A stretch of DNA of 64,000 nucleotides from Ramazzottius varieornatus. Its lineage: Eukaryota > Animalia > Tardigrada. Positions 13,830 to 25,640 of the stretch are shown here, one piece after another (the first letter of the stretch is position 1; every line of letters starts with the position of its first letter). Made by a program: the position numbers and the translations under genes. The notes under the pieces are model-generated. The model saw nothing but the letters and a program-made list of their open reading frames with translations. It ran no database searches and was not told the origin of the DNA. Location of the stretch: NCBI GenBank assembly GCA_001949185.1, contig BDGG01000017.1, positions 1-64,000 on the forward strand, written 5' to 3'.

Positions 13830-15892
13830 CTAGCGCTGCTCTGTCCGGCTGAAACCGTTGATACTGTCATATCCCATGGGTACCCCTCTGGACGAAAAGC
13901 TCTGGATCAACCAGTTGCTTTCGCCACTATCCTGCAGCTCCTCCACGTCCTGCCCCACTTCCCACGGTCGTTTTTTCCTTTGCTCTTCCGGTACACTCAG
14001 TAGCCTGTCTCTGCTATAATAATTGGCCCACACCATGCCCAAACTGGTGACGACCGCCACCACCGCCAGCACCAAGAAGAAAATGATCATGTGCTTCCAC
14101 GCCACACTGTCCATCATACTGTAACGTTCCTGGTCCAGGACACCACCCACGATCAGCGCCACCGTACCCGTACCTATCAAAGCCTCATGCTCAACATTGC
14201 AAGTTTGACAGCAACTGTTGTCCAAAGCTCCAGAAGACAAATCCAAAATTCCAGTTCTGGGCAAACAGGCTCAGAAGGTTCACTTTACCAAGTGGCGCAG
14301 GCTTCCAGTCAGTATCATGGAAAACGTGCGCCACTTTAGTGAACGATCTGGGCGAGCCTTGCAAGTGACGCAGGCTGCTGGCCGAAAACACCGACTGCAT
14401 GCGCCACTTCTTGTTCACCCGAGCGCGGTTTTGTGGGCTGTCAATTCGTACCTGTGTAGCGCAGGAACTTTAAGAGTCCCGTAGCGAAGCCTCGCGTACC
14501 GGGTGGCGCGACCAGCGACATGCTATTGGAGGCTGTGGGGTCGAACAAGACAAAGCCCAAGCCGATGAGGATGGTCAGCAGGTATGCCTGAACGGCCATG
14601 GAGGACAGGTAGGCGATCAAACCTGTCATGATGACCAGTGTGCCAGCCGTCATCCAGTAGTCTCGACGACCCGTCAGGTACACCAGGAAGTTGACCAGCG
14701 GGATGACAAGACTAAAGTAGTAGACGGTACCAATCACCCAGATGGCGTTCTTCTCGCTGAAACCCGCCAAACTCTGAAACCAGCAAATATATTTTATACA
14801 ATCTTCTACGGCAATGTTTCGAGAATGTGCATCAGTGTACCGCAAGAAGACCGGCTCCGTTGCCAGTGAGGGTTGTGATGATACAAAAGACCAGCAGGTA
14901 GGTGGCCGCGAAGAACCAGTAGACGGCGCCAACCTTCACTATAAAATCAGATGCCTTCCTCTTTGAAGTTTCCCACTTGCTTTCGTCTTGGTAGATGTCA
15001 TCTAGATGCTCGTTTTCGTCTACCATGGCTTGTATGCAGGACGTGACGACACTGGCCATGGATATACCCACGGCGATCCATATCGTCTTGCTCATACCTA
15101 GCGAGTCGAGAACTTCGCCGGCAATGAGGAAGCTCAAGGCGGAACCTAAGCCAAGGAAGTTTTGGTACAACGATGGGTAAGACGGGAAATTTCAGTTTGG
15201 GAAAGCACGCGTACCTAAGCGGGAGGCAAAAATGTACAGGGTGTGGGCTGGTAGGTTGTGCTTCCAAAAGTGGTCGATGCGATGGGCACAGACCGTCGTC
15301 CGGATACCGTTGCCCGCACCGTAGATCAGACGACCGATGAGCAGAAGGGCGTAAGCTTCGGCCGTTGTGTCTGAGTAAGAACCTCCGACGAAGACCAACC
15401 TGAGCCAGGAAAAATAAAAGATACCGTAGCGAAAAATTTCCCGCACCTATCATGCACCTGCATTCTCCCTTCATTCTACGGGCTGGGTCGATTTAGTATG
15501 CAGGTGCGTGAAAGCGACGGTTTTGTTGGCTCTTCTTTCGGTTTTGTCAGAAGTCGAACGAAGACTTACGAGCCACAAAAAAGGAAGAAGGACGAAGTCC
15601 AGAGTAGACTGCGTTGTCCATAATGACCGATGAGGAGTGCAGCGATGACAGCAGTTATACCGGAAGCGTAGGTGATGCCGGTAGTCAGGCTGTTGTACTG
15701 GATATTGCTGAATTGGTAACAACGATCAGGCGCCTTGATGGCCCTCAAGCTTTGGTTACAAGGAAGTGAGCAGGCTAGCGAGGATCCCTGTAGTCTTCGA
15801 CTCAAGGAACTGACAATGTCCGAGAAGAAGTTGGAGGCCAGACCGGAGAAGCAGCAGAATGTTAAGACCGTCCATCGCTGCCGGCTCGTCAT
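13830..15892 (-). CDS. Major facilitator superfamily transporter (MFSD1-like), multi-exon
   Basis: Hydrophobic exons: MTSRQRWTVLTFCCFSGLASNFF.., LLIGRLIYGAGNG, LTGRRDYW, PPGTRGFATGL and a final exon with two TM segments. Separated by short GT-AG introns. Confidence 0.8.
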
Positions 15893-16475
15893 TGCATAAT
15901 TCACCGCGACAAAAGATACATCAGTAACGATACAGGAAGTAGCGGAATGAGATTATCCTGGCGCGGAAGGATGACAGTATCGCATTTCGAACAGAGCAGT
16001 ATCGTGCTAATCCAGACTTGATATGGAAGGTCGCCAAACGAACCATAAGATCGTTATCTTGAGTGGCGCATGCTTCCAGCAAATGACACTGAGAGTGTGC
16101 GTCACTTGAGAATACAATCTCGGCGAGTTCTTCCACGTGGCGCACGCCTCCAACCGAAAACAATGTGAACGTGCGCCACTTGAGAAAAAAGTTCCCGTGT
16201 GCTGTGCATAGTTCGCTACTGGAAATTCCCTAACTTTCCGGCGCTGTTGAGCCTAAATCTAACTAAGAAACGAGAACGTAGAAGCTTCTGGCGAATTACG
16301 AGAGCAAAGCCCGAAAGCGTTTTAGGTTTGGCGGTTCGGTTCACCGCAGTATAGAAGTACGAAAGAGCTTGGTGACGTCAGTGCAGGCGCAGTGCAAGCA
16401 AGAAAAACGACGGAAAACAACTTTGAAAGACTCTTCCTCATTCTGACAGGTCTTATCAAAGATTTAGAGAAAACA

Positions 16476-19400
16476 TTAGCTTCTAATAGAATAAAGCGGT
16501 AAATTTTTAGAAACCTGCAGGACGTCGTCGTGTAGCTCAATCACAGCTTCTGGGTTCGCACAAGGTCCTTTGTACCGTAAAATATGCTGGGTCAAAATAC
16601 TCTGCAGACAAAGAAGACGCGACCACAATTCAAAAGTGGCTGAAAACCCGGATGATGTGTCGAAGGATGTTACCATTCACTGTAGACTTACTGTTTCATT
16701 GGCTTGGAGGAAGCGACTAAGTTTGTCCATCAGGGCAACTTCCGGTTGAGTAGAAGGCTTCTGCTCTAACTTGGACGCCTGCTGACGGTGGAAGAAGTGG
16801 TTGAGATGTCGCACTGCGATGAGGTACATCAACGGTGTCCGCTTTTCGGTGATGTTCTGCGTCATGAGCAGCAGGAAGTACTGACCGAGAAGACTGACGC
16901 TAGTTTCAGGCGGGTCCAGATGCAACTTCACCGGATAACACAACTGCAACAAGTAAACACAACCGTAGAAATACCGTAGAAAATTTCCAAGATTGGGGGA
17001 GGAGTAAAGCGAAGTACCAGATTACATCTGGAACGAGATACAAGTTAATAATCAAAGCAACTGTAATCTCAAGAGTGGAAAAACAAATTACTTTTTTTCG
17101 TTTAGAATATAATGATACTTTCTTTAAAAGATATCTCGATGTTCATGCTTTTGTGGATGGAATTTGCTGTGGCGATAACGACACTTACGTTGTGATGGTT
17201 GAGTGCGCCGACGCTCCAGGCTTGTTTCTCCGGTCCCCAGAACTTGGCGCGGAAAGCCGAAGGTTGGTGTTGCAGAGTAGGAAGAAGAACGTACTGGGCG
17301 AAGACCGGGTCGCCATACGAACTGGCGACGAAATCGTCAAGAAGGCCATCGTAACTGTAAACAGATGTCAAAACCGTCGGTACTTTACCGTCTACTGACT
17401 TGAACTAACAGACGGTGTGTACACCCGATTAGACGAAATGCGAGCTCAGCAAACAAACGCGTCAGAATTTTTTTCCCCAGTGGCGTACTTTTCCAGTGTT
17501 ATGAGCTGGGAGCGAGCGCCACTTGAGAAGAACGTCGGCAAGATTGTTTACCCAAGGGGCGCACGTTTTCGGTGTTGCAGTCTGGAAGCGTGCGCCGCTC
17601 AGAAAACCATCTTGTCGAGTCTATTTGTCCAAGCTTCCAAATGCGTTTGGCACTTACAAATCGATGATAGGTTTGTTCTTGACTTTTGCTTCGGAAGCGA
17701 ACTTCAGAAGCGGCTTCTTTGACGACGGAGAAGTAGTGCAGAGTATCGAGAGGATGACTTGAAGAGCTGTCTTGACGAACGGCTCCCGATACCAGCCATC
17801 TATCAAGGTGAACCGTTGTACTGTTGAAAGGTTTTCAAAACAGATGCAAGGTGGGAGGTCGGCAAAGGAAACGGGAAAGTTTGTTATCTCAAGTGGCGCA
17901 AAATTCGAGTCAACAACAATGCAGAGGTGCGCCACTTGGGGAAAACAATTAATCTCGACCATCGTTTTTCCAATTGGCGCACGCTTCTAGCCAATGACAC
18001 TGGAAGTGTGCGCCAGTTGGGAAAGAAATCTCTTATTTTTTTTCAACCGGCGCAGTTTCCAGTGATATTCGCTTGAAGCGTGCGTCACTCGAGATAACAC
18101 TTGTACGTTTCGTTAGCCCGTCTTCACGAAAAACCCTTCCGGCTACCTTCGGAAAAAAAGTCTGCCAAGAAGGCGTAAATCTCATCGAAGCGCAGAGTCT
18201 TGCCGCGGTTTTCCGCGACAATCTTGATGGAGAAAGTGAGCCAGAAGAAATACCCACGAACACAACTGGGCAAGCTAGAAAAGGGACCGAGAAGGAAATT
18301 CAAGTATCAATAGATAAATTTGGTAGATTACAATACGTTTTTCTGGAACCACTGACCTGTTGGGTTGAACTTTGTCCATTGCACTTCCCCATTTCTGGAC
18401 GTACGAGAAGCACTCGAGCATCCAGGAAGAAGTGAAGACGGTTGGATCACGGGAAGGAAAGGCCAGGGACTGAGCCTGGGAAGAGTCGGTCAAGCCGAGC
18501 GGAGTCAAGTCCGAGAAGATCGTCGCGGTCGTTTGAGCGTCTTTCTGCAGCTGGCCTTCGTCAAACGAGAAGAGAGTCTTCTGGAAAAACTCGAAGGGGA
18601 CCGACGAGTTATTTCTTCTGCAAGACAAACCCGAACATACTTCGCGGTATTTTCTTGCTGGAATTTCAGTTCAGCAAAAACGCCCTTCGGTTTCGAAATT
18701 CCAGAAATTCCCTTTTTTCTAGAATATTTTTTGTGCGTTATCAACTCATCGTCCAACAATTTTACCGAAAGGAATTTCGTACTTGAGTTTAGGATAGCTG
18801 AATATTATTCTGGTCAAGAACTCTGTCAATTCCGCCGTTTGGTTTTGCGCCATGTACGGAACGAGATGTAAGGCTGCGCGGTAGACCACTCCGAAGTCCA
18901 TTTCAGCAGTCGCATCGACCCAGAAAAAAAGTAAGAAATCGCTCATACATTCGCTCACATCATCTACTACTAACGCGAAACAAACTCAAGCTTTAGAAAG
19001 GGTACGAGCCTATGGATAGACAGGAAACCAGGAAATACCTCTAGAATTCTCAGAGACAACCGGACAGCATTCGCCAGCACACGAACGGCGTACGACATCC
19101 AAAAGTCCTTCGGCATTTGTGAGTACTCTGGAATATCCTTTAAAAACTTCGCCAAGCCAGTACTCAACTTCGAAATCTTCGAAAGAAAGCAAAAAATCAA
19201 AAAGAAACCGACAGACGAGCAGACGGTAAACAATAAGCCAAAGATTATCGTCCACCTGCATACCAAGCAACAGATCGACAGTCCACCCTGCATGTACGCA
19301 GGTGGATGATGGAAAGTTTGAACCGGCGACAACCAAAACTGAACAGCATCATCATCCACCTACTATACAACAACACATACAGATAAACGAGTCAACGTGT

Positions 19401-22400
19401 ATGCAGGTGAATGATCGAATGATCTGGCCACCCTATACCTTCATTCGAAAATTCATTACTTCCTTCACACTCACGCGATTTTCATAATTCGAACGTCTCT
19501 GCAAAGACCAGAATTTTATCTGGTTCTTCTAGCTATAGTGTGACTTTCGCAATACGGAGCCAAAAACAAGGGTATTTTGCGGGTTCGTAGGGCTGAATAC
19601 AGCAAGTTGATTTGTTAATTTTGCCACAAGAAAGTCACGTGGTCGAGAAGGTAAAACTCTGGTCTTCATAGAGACGTTCGAATTATGAAAAGCGCGTGAG
19701 TGTGAAGGAAGTCACGATTTCTTGAATGAAGGTATAGGGTGGCCAGATACTTATGGGCATGGGGCTCAGTGTAGATGCGCCCATGTACGCAAGTGGATGA
19801 GGACTTTGTTGTGTCTGCCGCCCAAATGACTGCACAAATTTATGCTTACGGCTTTGAACTCGGTCGCAGCGACTACCAGCAAGTCCAGAGCGTGGATGAT
19901 CAAGCCCATCGTGTGACGGTGTTGGAGAACTGGGTGAAGTGCGTCTCCGCCGTGAAGAAGCACGCCGTAGGAAGGTAGACTTTCGGCATCGGCGTGCGAG
20001 ATACTAGACACTCGTTTCTTCGTGTAAGAAGACTGCGAGATTACCCCAGAGCACTCGTTCAATATCACAGGAAGGAACTCACAGATGTCCTGGACCATCA
20101 CAGCGGACAAGCGGACGTAGTCATGACGTTCTTGCCGGCAGTACCGTACCGCGTAGAAAAGATAGGCGGACCTCAGCCGCCTACACTTCTCCTAGGCAAA
20201 AAAACCCAAGGACTTTATTCATCTCGTTTTGGCCAGTGTTACGCAGTTCACACCGCGTTTTCAGATTTCATCAGAAAATCTGTTGCTGAAAGAAATTTGG
20301 CAATTTTAGATCATTTCAGAGCTCGGCAAGCAAACTTGACAACATTGCTTCCCTAAGTGGCGCACGCTGCTAGCCAATTACAGTGAAAACATGCGCCACT
20401 TGGTGAAACAATCTTGTCAACATTTTCCCCAACAGGCGCAAACTTCCAACCAAAACCACCGAAAAAGTGCGCCGTCTTGTCGAGTTTGTCTACCGATTAC
20501 CGAACTCCTACTTTACCATTAGAAACAACAGCACACGTTCAATCAAGAATAGCTTTGGAAATCGTGTGCATACTTCCTGGTCACTGTTGAGAGTATTCTT
20601 CATGGTCATGTAACCATTTAGAATATTCCGAAAAACTAGAACCGCCATGGCGTCCGTCACGAGGGGTCTTTTAGTGTCACTCAACGCCAAACACTGTCCA
20701 AGGAAGGTTAGAACGCGTGCCGAACACGCACTATCCCAAGCCGTCAGCGTCCCGTCAGGTTTGGGAGCGGCTGAATGAATCAACTGCGGAAAGATATCTT
20801 CGATATCCCTGAAAGAATTCCAAAAACGGTTCACTGGAACTTCACGCCGAAATTAAATTGATTTAGAAAATCATTGCTCAGTTTCGACTTCCCATAATTT
20901 TCCGATTGAATTTCTTCTCGCGTTACCTTAAATTCTGCGGGCAGAACCCGTAATGGGAAAGAACGATTAGCAAGTTCAGGCTCTCAGTTACCAAATCTCG
21001 AACGGTTGGGTCGGCTATCACATTTCGTCTGTGAGGAAAAACAATTCAGAATTATTTTCAGAAATGACAGATTTATTACACTTTTGTTTCCCAATTTCGG
21101 AAGTTGAACTTGCAAAGCTACGATCCATCGAGAAGGTTGTTGGTACATCTTCATAGCCCAGGGTCTGGAGACGGGACCAAGAACGCTGGTCACTACCCGA
21201 AGAAGACGCATTTGGCTGAGCGGAGCTTTGACTGTCATGGCGTCGCTCATAAGGATGTCAAGCAAGGAGCTTTCTTCCGTGCAGATCTTCTGCGCGATCT
21301 CGACCGAATGCTGTACGAACCGGGTGGTGATGCGGAAGATACTAACGATCGTGGAAGGTTCGAGAGAGTCGGAAAATGAATGGAGAAGGTACTCTATTCG
21401 ACGAAGGATACCCGTCCTCAGAAAACCCTTTGGAAAAAAAACACCACTTTGAAAATTTGATCAGTATTTGGAAGCCTGGCAAACAGACTCAACAAGATTG
21501 TCTTTTCCATGTGGCGCACGCTTCCAGCCTATAACACTGGAGAAGTGCGCCACTTGGGAAAACAGTCTTGTTAAGCTGTTTGCCGAGCTCTTTATTTCTA
21601 GTGGTTCACAAAAGCTAAACAGCATTTTGGGAAACTATCATGAAATTAAGGAGCCCGTCGTACTTTTACAACATCTTGCTTGATGAGTTGAGCGTCGAGT
21701 ACTTCACTTTCGTCCGGTGTTTCATTATCGGTGGTCACTTCCGGGCACAGTTCGAAAAAGTATGGATCTCTATCGACGGTCAGAATCTCTTCCATTACAA
21801 ACTGCGCAGTAAAAGCGCGATCAGTTAATGCTTGGTAAAAAGGAGGCTATGAGTGAACAAGTACCTCGTCGATGTCGTTCACTAGTAAGGACTCGAGAGC
21901 CGTTAGAGCGGCGGCGATGAGAGGTAGCGAGGTGGAGTCGAGCAGGAAACGCAGTGGTAGAATCATGTCTTCGTCCACCATTTTGGCCAGAAGCGAGCCG
22001 CTGAGATATTCATCGTACAGTGAATGCTTCGCCTGAAAACACAGGAAAGTCAGATTGATGCTCAAAGCTCGGAACACACACATCTCGGACTACTCCCCGT
22101 TGCCACTTCCGGGTGAAAAGCCCGCCGCTGATGGCAAACCGACTGGACTTGCACTCAACAGCCAATTCATGGCAAGTCGATGAGTTAGAGTAGGGAACCG
22201 CTCAACTTTCCCTTGGCGGAAACCAGAATTTCACAAAATTTTCTTGTCCACGCTGGACTGTGCGGAATAATTTTTGGTAATCTCAAGGCGAAAGCGGGCG
22301 GTAAACCTTTAATGCCGACGCGAAAGCGGAAGTGAGCGGTACTTCAGGCAAGGTACATGAATTCGCGAATTTAAGGAATGCATTGCCGAAATTGCGTTTA

Positions 22401-23536
22401 TAACATTCAACTCATGGATGTTACAGTACAAACAAACCCAACTGTACATACGACAACAGTTTCCTGTGGTTGCCCATCATATAGATTGTTCGCAATGTGA
22501 CGCAACAAGGTTTACTTTTAAACATTTATCGTAATTATCATCGACGCGGGGCGGGCCGAAAAGAGTCACATCAAATATTAAGCGAGTTCAAGCGGTAACA
22601 ATTTCAGCAGATTCCCGGGCGGAAGCGGGCGGTAACCACCGCCAGCTTCCGCGCCGACCCGCCGCGTAATCCAATTCCCTACTCTACCGGATGAGTGTTG
22701 CATCACTAGCTTGTCACGTTTCGGCTCGCCATCGATATACCGCAGTATGGGGCTTCCAAGCAGCGGTAAATTTATGGCGTGTCAACTGGCTAAGAACTGA
22801 CTATATGGATTGATTGTTGATTGAACCACAACATACCTTGTGTAAAATGGCCGAAAATGTCTTCAAAGCCCAGAGCTTCTGCGGCGGAGAGGAACTTTGC
22901 AGGAGCGTCAATATCTCAACCAAAGTGTATCCAGGCTTCTACGACGAGGCCCACACTTGAAAATGAGACTGTAGGACGGAATGAATCAGAACGTACCTCA
23001 GGATCTGCGCCATGATGATGGAGGCCGGCAGTCACAGGTACGACAGTGTCTGGCGGTAGAATATTCCCTTTGGCATCGAAACGAGCTTCAAAGGTTCCTT
23101 TCTAGGAAAATAATTCCTAGTCGGAGGGTGATACGAAGAATAAAAGAATTTTTACCTCGTCAAAAGAAGTCACACCGAAAACCGGCTTCGTGTCCGGAAC
23201 GTTTCCGTCCATCCAAGCGAGCTTTTGTTTCTCCACGACACCTTCTAAGTTTAACTCTTCGATCTTTAAGTAAGAGCCTTCTGCTAATTTCTCGATTTTT
23301 GGTTTAGGAAGGATTGCTGGACCATCAGTGCCGAGAGAAACAGATGAAGTGTTAGCGACCGATGCTGCCTCGCTGTTTTTTGGCAGGACAGTTTGCGTCT
23401 CCGGAGTCGGCTCTGCTGGAAGTTCAATGGCGTTGCCTGTCAGTATCTGCTTCTCGCGCATCTTCTGCATGTAGTAACGACTCCGAGGCTTCGCTGGAGC
23501 AGCGGAATTCGGATTCGAGACGCTCGACTGCTGCAT
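16476..23536 (-). CDS. RPAP1: RNA polymerase II-associated protein 1, multi-exon
   Basis: Motifs EKQKLAWM, ARFDAKG..GLHHHGADPE|KPGYTLVEILTLLQSS, SYGDPVFAQYVLLP..FRAKFW, RTPLMYLIAVRHLNHF and terminal QHILRYK match RPAP1. The 3' end is approximate. Confidence 0.88.
17858..18110. repeat. Intronic palindromic element copy with three tandem hairpin cores
   Basis: Three successive (A/T)GTGGCGCA..TGCG(C/T)CA(C/G)T stems in an RPAP1 intron, with loops in both orientations. Confidence 0.85.
19422..19748. mobile_element. Foldback/MITE with long TIRs in an RPAP1 intron
   Basis: Inverted arms of more than 80 bp: ATCTGGCCACCCTATACCTTCATTC..TTCGAACGTCTCT and AGAGACGTTCGAA..GAATGAAGGTATAGGGTGGCCAGAT. Confidence 0.8.
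21472..21590. repeat. Representative full-length intronic palindromic element
   Basis: GGCAAACAGACTCAACAAGATTGTCTTTTCCATGTGGCGCACGCTTCCAG-cctataaca-CTGGAGAAGTGCGCCACTTGGGAAAACAGTCTTGTTAAGCTGTTTGCCGAGCTC. Confidence 0.88.
22186..22686. mobile_element. hAT-like MITE in an RPAP1 intron
   Basis: TIRs TAGAGTAGGGAA and TTCCCTACTCTA, GGCGG-rich subterminal repeats, and GATGAGT on both flanks. Confidence 0.65.
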
Positions 23537-23964
23537 GGTCGATACCTTCCCGTTAGCACAGTCGATGCAATCTCCCTCTCACCAGAAGCCGTCGTCCAAG
23601 CCGATCCGTAGTCCTCGAGCTGAAGCCCTTAGATTACGAAGAAAAGCATCAGAATTCAAAGGGCTGCAGAAGGATGGAAGCCGAAAAATCTGGAAAAATG
23701 AAAAGACTCGTCTTTGACTCTTCGGTAGAATGCTTTGATTCAATCAAGTAAACACATGCGAGCAAATCAACCGAAAACCTACAGTATTGGTGGTCACTGC
23801 GTTGTGCGACTCTGTTTTCTCACAGCACATCATGACGTCATGTATTTCCGTTAGGGAGTGGGGATTTTCCAGCAAGGCGATACCCCGATCTTCTGTCATT
23901 CCTTACTGTTCTTCGTCCGCAACATCTTCTCCAAACTGTATGTCTCACTGTGTTGCAAGTGAAA

Positions 23965-25365
23965 ATGGCTTCAAAGCTTCTACTACGATGTGCCACCTCT
24001 CTGGTAGTCCGATCGTATCCAGGAGTGATCCGTGCAGCCAGCACTGGAAGTGCCAGTCCAAAGAGCCATGACAAGCCATCGACCAAGGCGACTCCCGTCA
24101 ACATGTCTGGAAACAACATCGACGTGACCGAACGAGTGATCATCGACCATAACGTAAGGCTTTGCTCTCGAAGTTCGTTAGAAGTTGATGTGAAGTTGAC
24201 GGAGATGTTTTGTTGCAGGATATCAAGCAGGCTTACGAGAAGCTGAAGACCATGTCCGACGGGAAAGATGCTGAGAAGTGGTTCAACCAGCTCCTGTGGA
24301 CCATTGCACGTCATTCCGCCGCCGAAGAATTGGTAAGATGATGCGTCTAGAGCACGACGAAACTGTTATGTCTCGATTAGCTGATGGCGGTTCGAATTTA
24401 TGTGTGATTTTCGTCCGTGGTGAACATAATAATGCGTCAGTGTTGCAGGCACCTTCATACAGGTGTGCAACGCTGAACGCACGGGCGAGTGTATCCAGGT
24501 ACGGGTAGGGTTGCGCAGTTAGTCCCCAAAAATCCACCGACTTCCCCAACATATCCTCTTGCGATGTTCTGGATGAGTCATTTTAGACATTCCCCTGAGG
24601 CAGTATCTTATCTGCTACTTTATTATTCCCTTGTTCTCTGCAGGTTGTGTATCCTCTGCTTGAAAAGACGGGCAAGACCGGTCAGCAGCTAGCCGACAAG
24701 TCTCGCGAGGACCATCAAAAGACCAAGGAAGCCCTGGCGGCGATGGATGGTCAGCCCATGACACCTGAGCTCCGTCGGAAAATCGACACGATGATGGCCG
24801 ATCTGCTAGAGCATATCGCGATGGAAGAGGGTCCCGGTGGAGACTTGGAAGTGCTGCGGAAGGGCGTCAACAAGGACGACCTGCTCTCAGAAGGAAAGTC
24901 TTTCGAGAAGTGGAAACTGTTAGTTCCGACCCACGCTCACCCAAATGCCCCCGACAAGCCACCGTTCGCTACTGTTGCCGGTGAGAAAAGCCAGCCATGT
25001 TCTCGAAAATGTGTTTTGGTCTTTGAATATGTTCCATCGAGTTTAACTTGAAACAAATTCGGCAAGATTGTCTTCTTGGGTGGCGCACGTTTCCAGTGTT
25101 GTCGACTGGAAGCGTGCAGCGTCCGGCAAGATTATTTTCTCCAAGTGGCGCACGCTTCCTGCTAAGAAGGGTGGAAAAGTGCGCCACTCAACAAACCAAT
25201 CTTGTCTACTTTATTTGCCGAACTCTCCCGTTCTCATTTTCGTTTGTGCTTTCGTCCGCAGGTTTCATGGCAGCAAAAGTTGACAAGCTACGTGATCTCT
25301 TCCGCTCTTTCCCCGATCAGTCCGAAGTCAAGAGCAACAAGGAACAAGGAAAACAACAGAAGTAA
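23965..25365 (+). CDS. Hemerythrin-like (HHE cation-binding) protein with putative mitochondrial presequence, 4 exons, 247 aa
   Basis: Exons 23965-24153, 24219-24332, 24644-24980 and 25262-25365 join in frame. The ligand pattern is DH..RHSAAEELVVYP..EDH..EHIAMEE, and the C-terminus is VPTHAHPNAPDKPPFATVAGFMAAKVDKLRDLFRSFP. Confidence 0.88.
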
Positions 25366-25640
25366 GAGCAGGCATTGCATGTTTCTATTCGATTCACTTT
25401 CGGGCTCTTCGCGCAGTATCTTTCATTCTTGTGGTCGTCTGACTGTACTTTTAACCGTTTGATGTGACCGGAAGTCGACTTTTAACCCAGGAATACTCCG
25501 CTGAATTATTTGTTCATCAAGTTTTATCACTGTGTGTGTGCTGACCGAAAATCTAGCCACGTCAGTTTCAGTGAATTTGGGCACGGAAAAAACTTTTCTT
25601 GTTCGTAAAAAGAAATCTCCGATTATCGGTCGCAAAATTA

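Noticed and set aside
17858-18110. CRISPR-like repeat-spacer appearance of tandem GTGGCGCA hairpins
   Set aside because: At most three degenerate units, the loops are homologous rather than unique spacers, there are no cas genes, and the context is a eukaryotic intron.
19775-20356. Plus-strand ORFs suggesting a nested gene in RPAP1
   Set aside because: They overlap a minus-strand RPAP1 exon and run into the hairpin repeat, with no recognisable domain.
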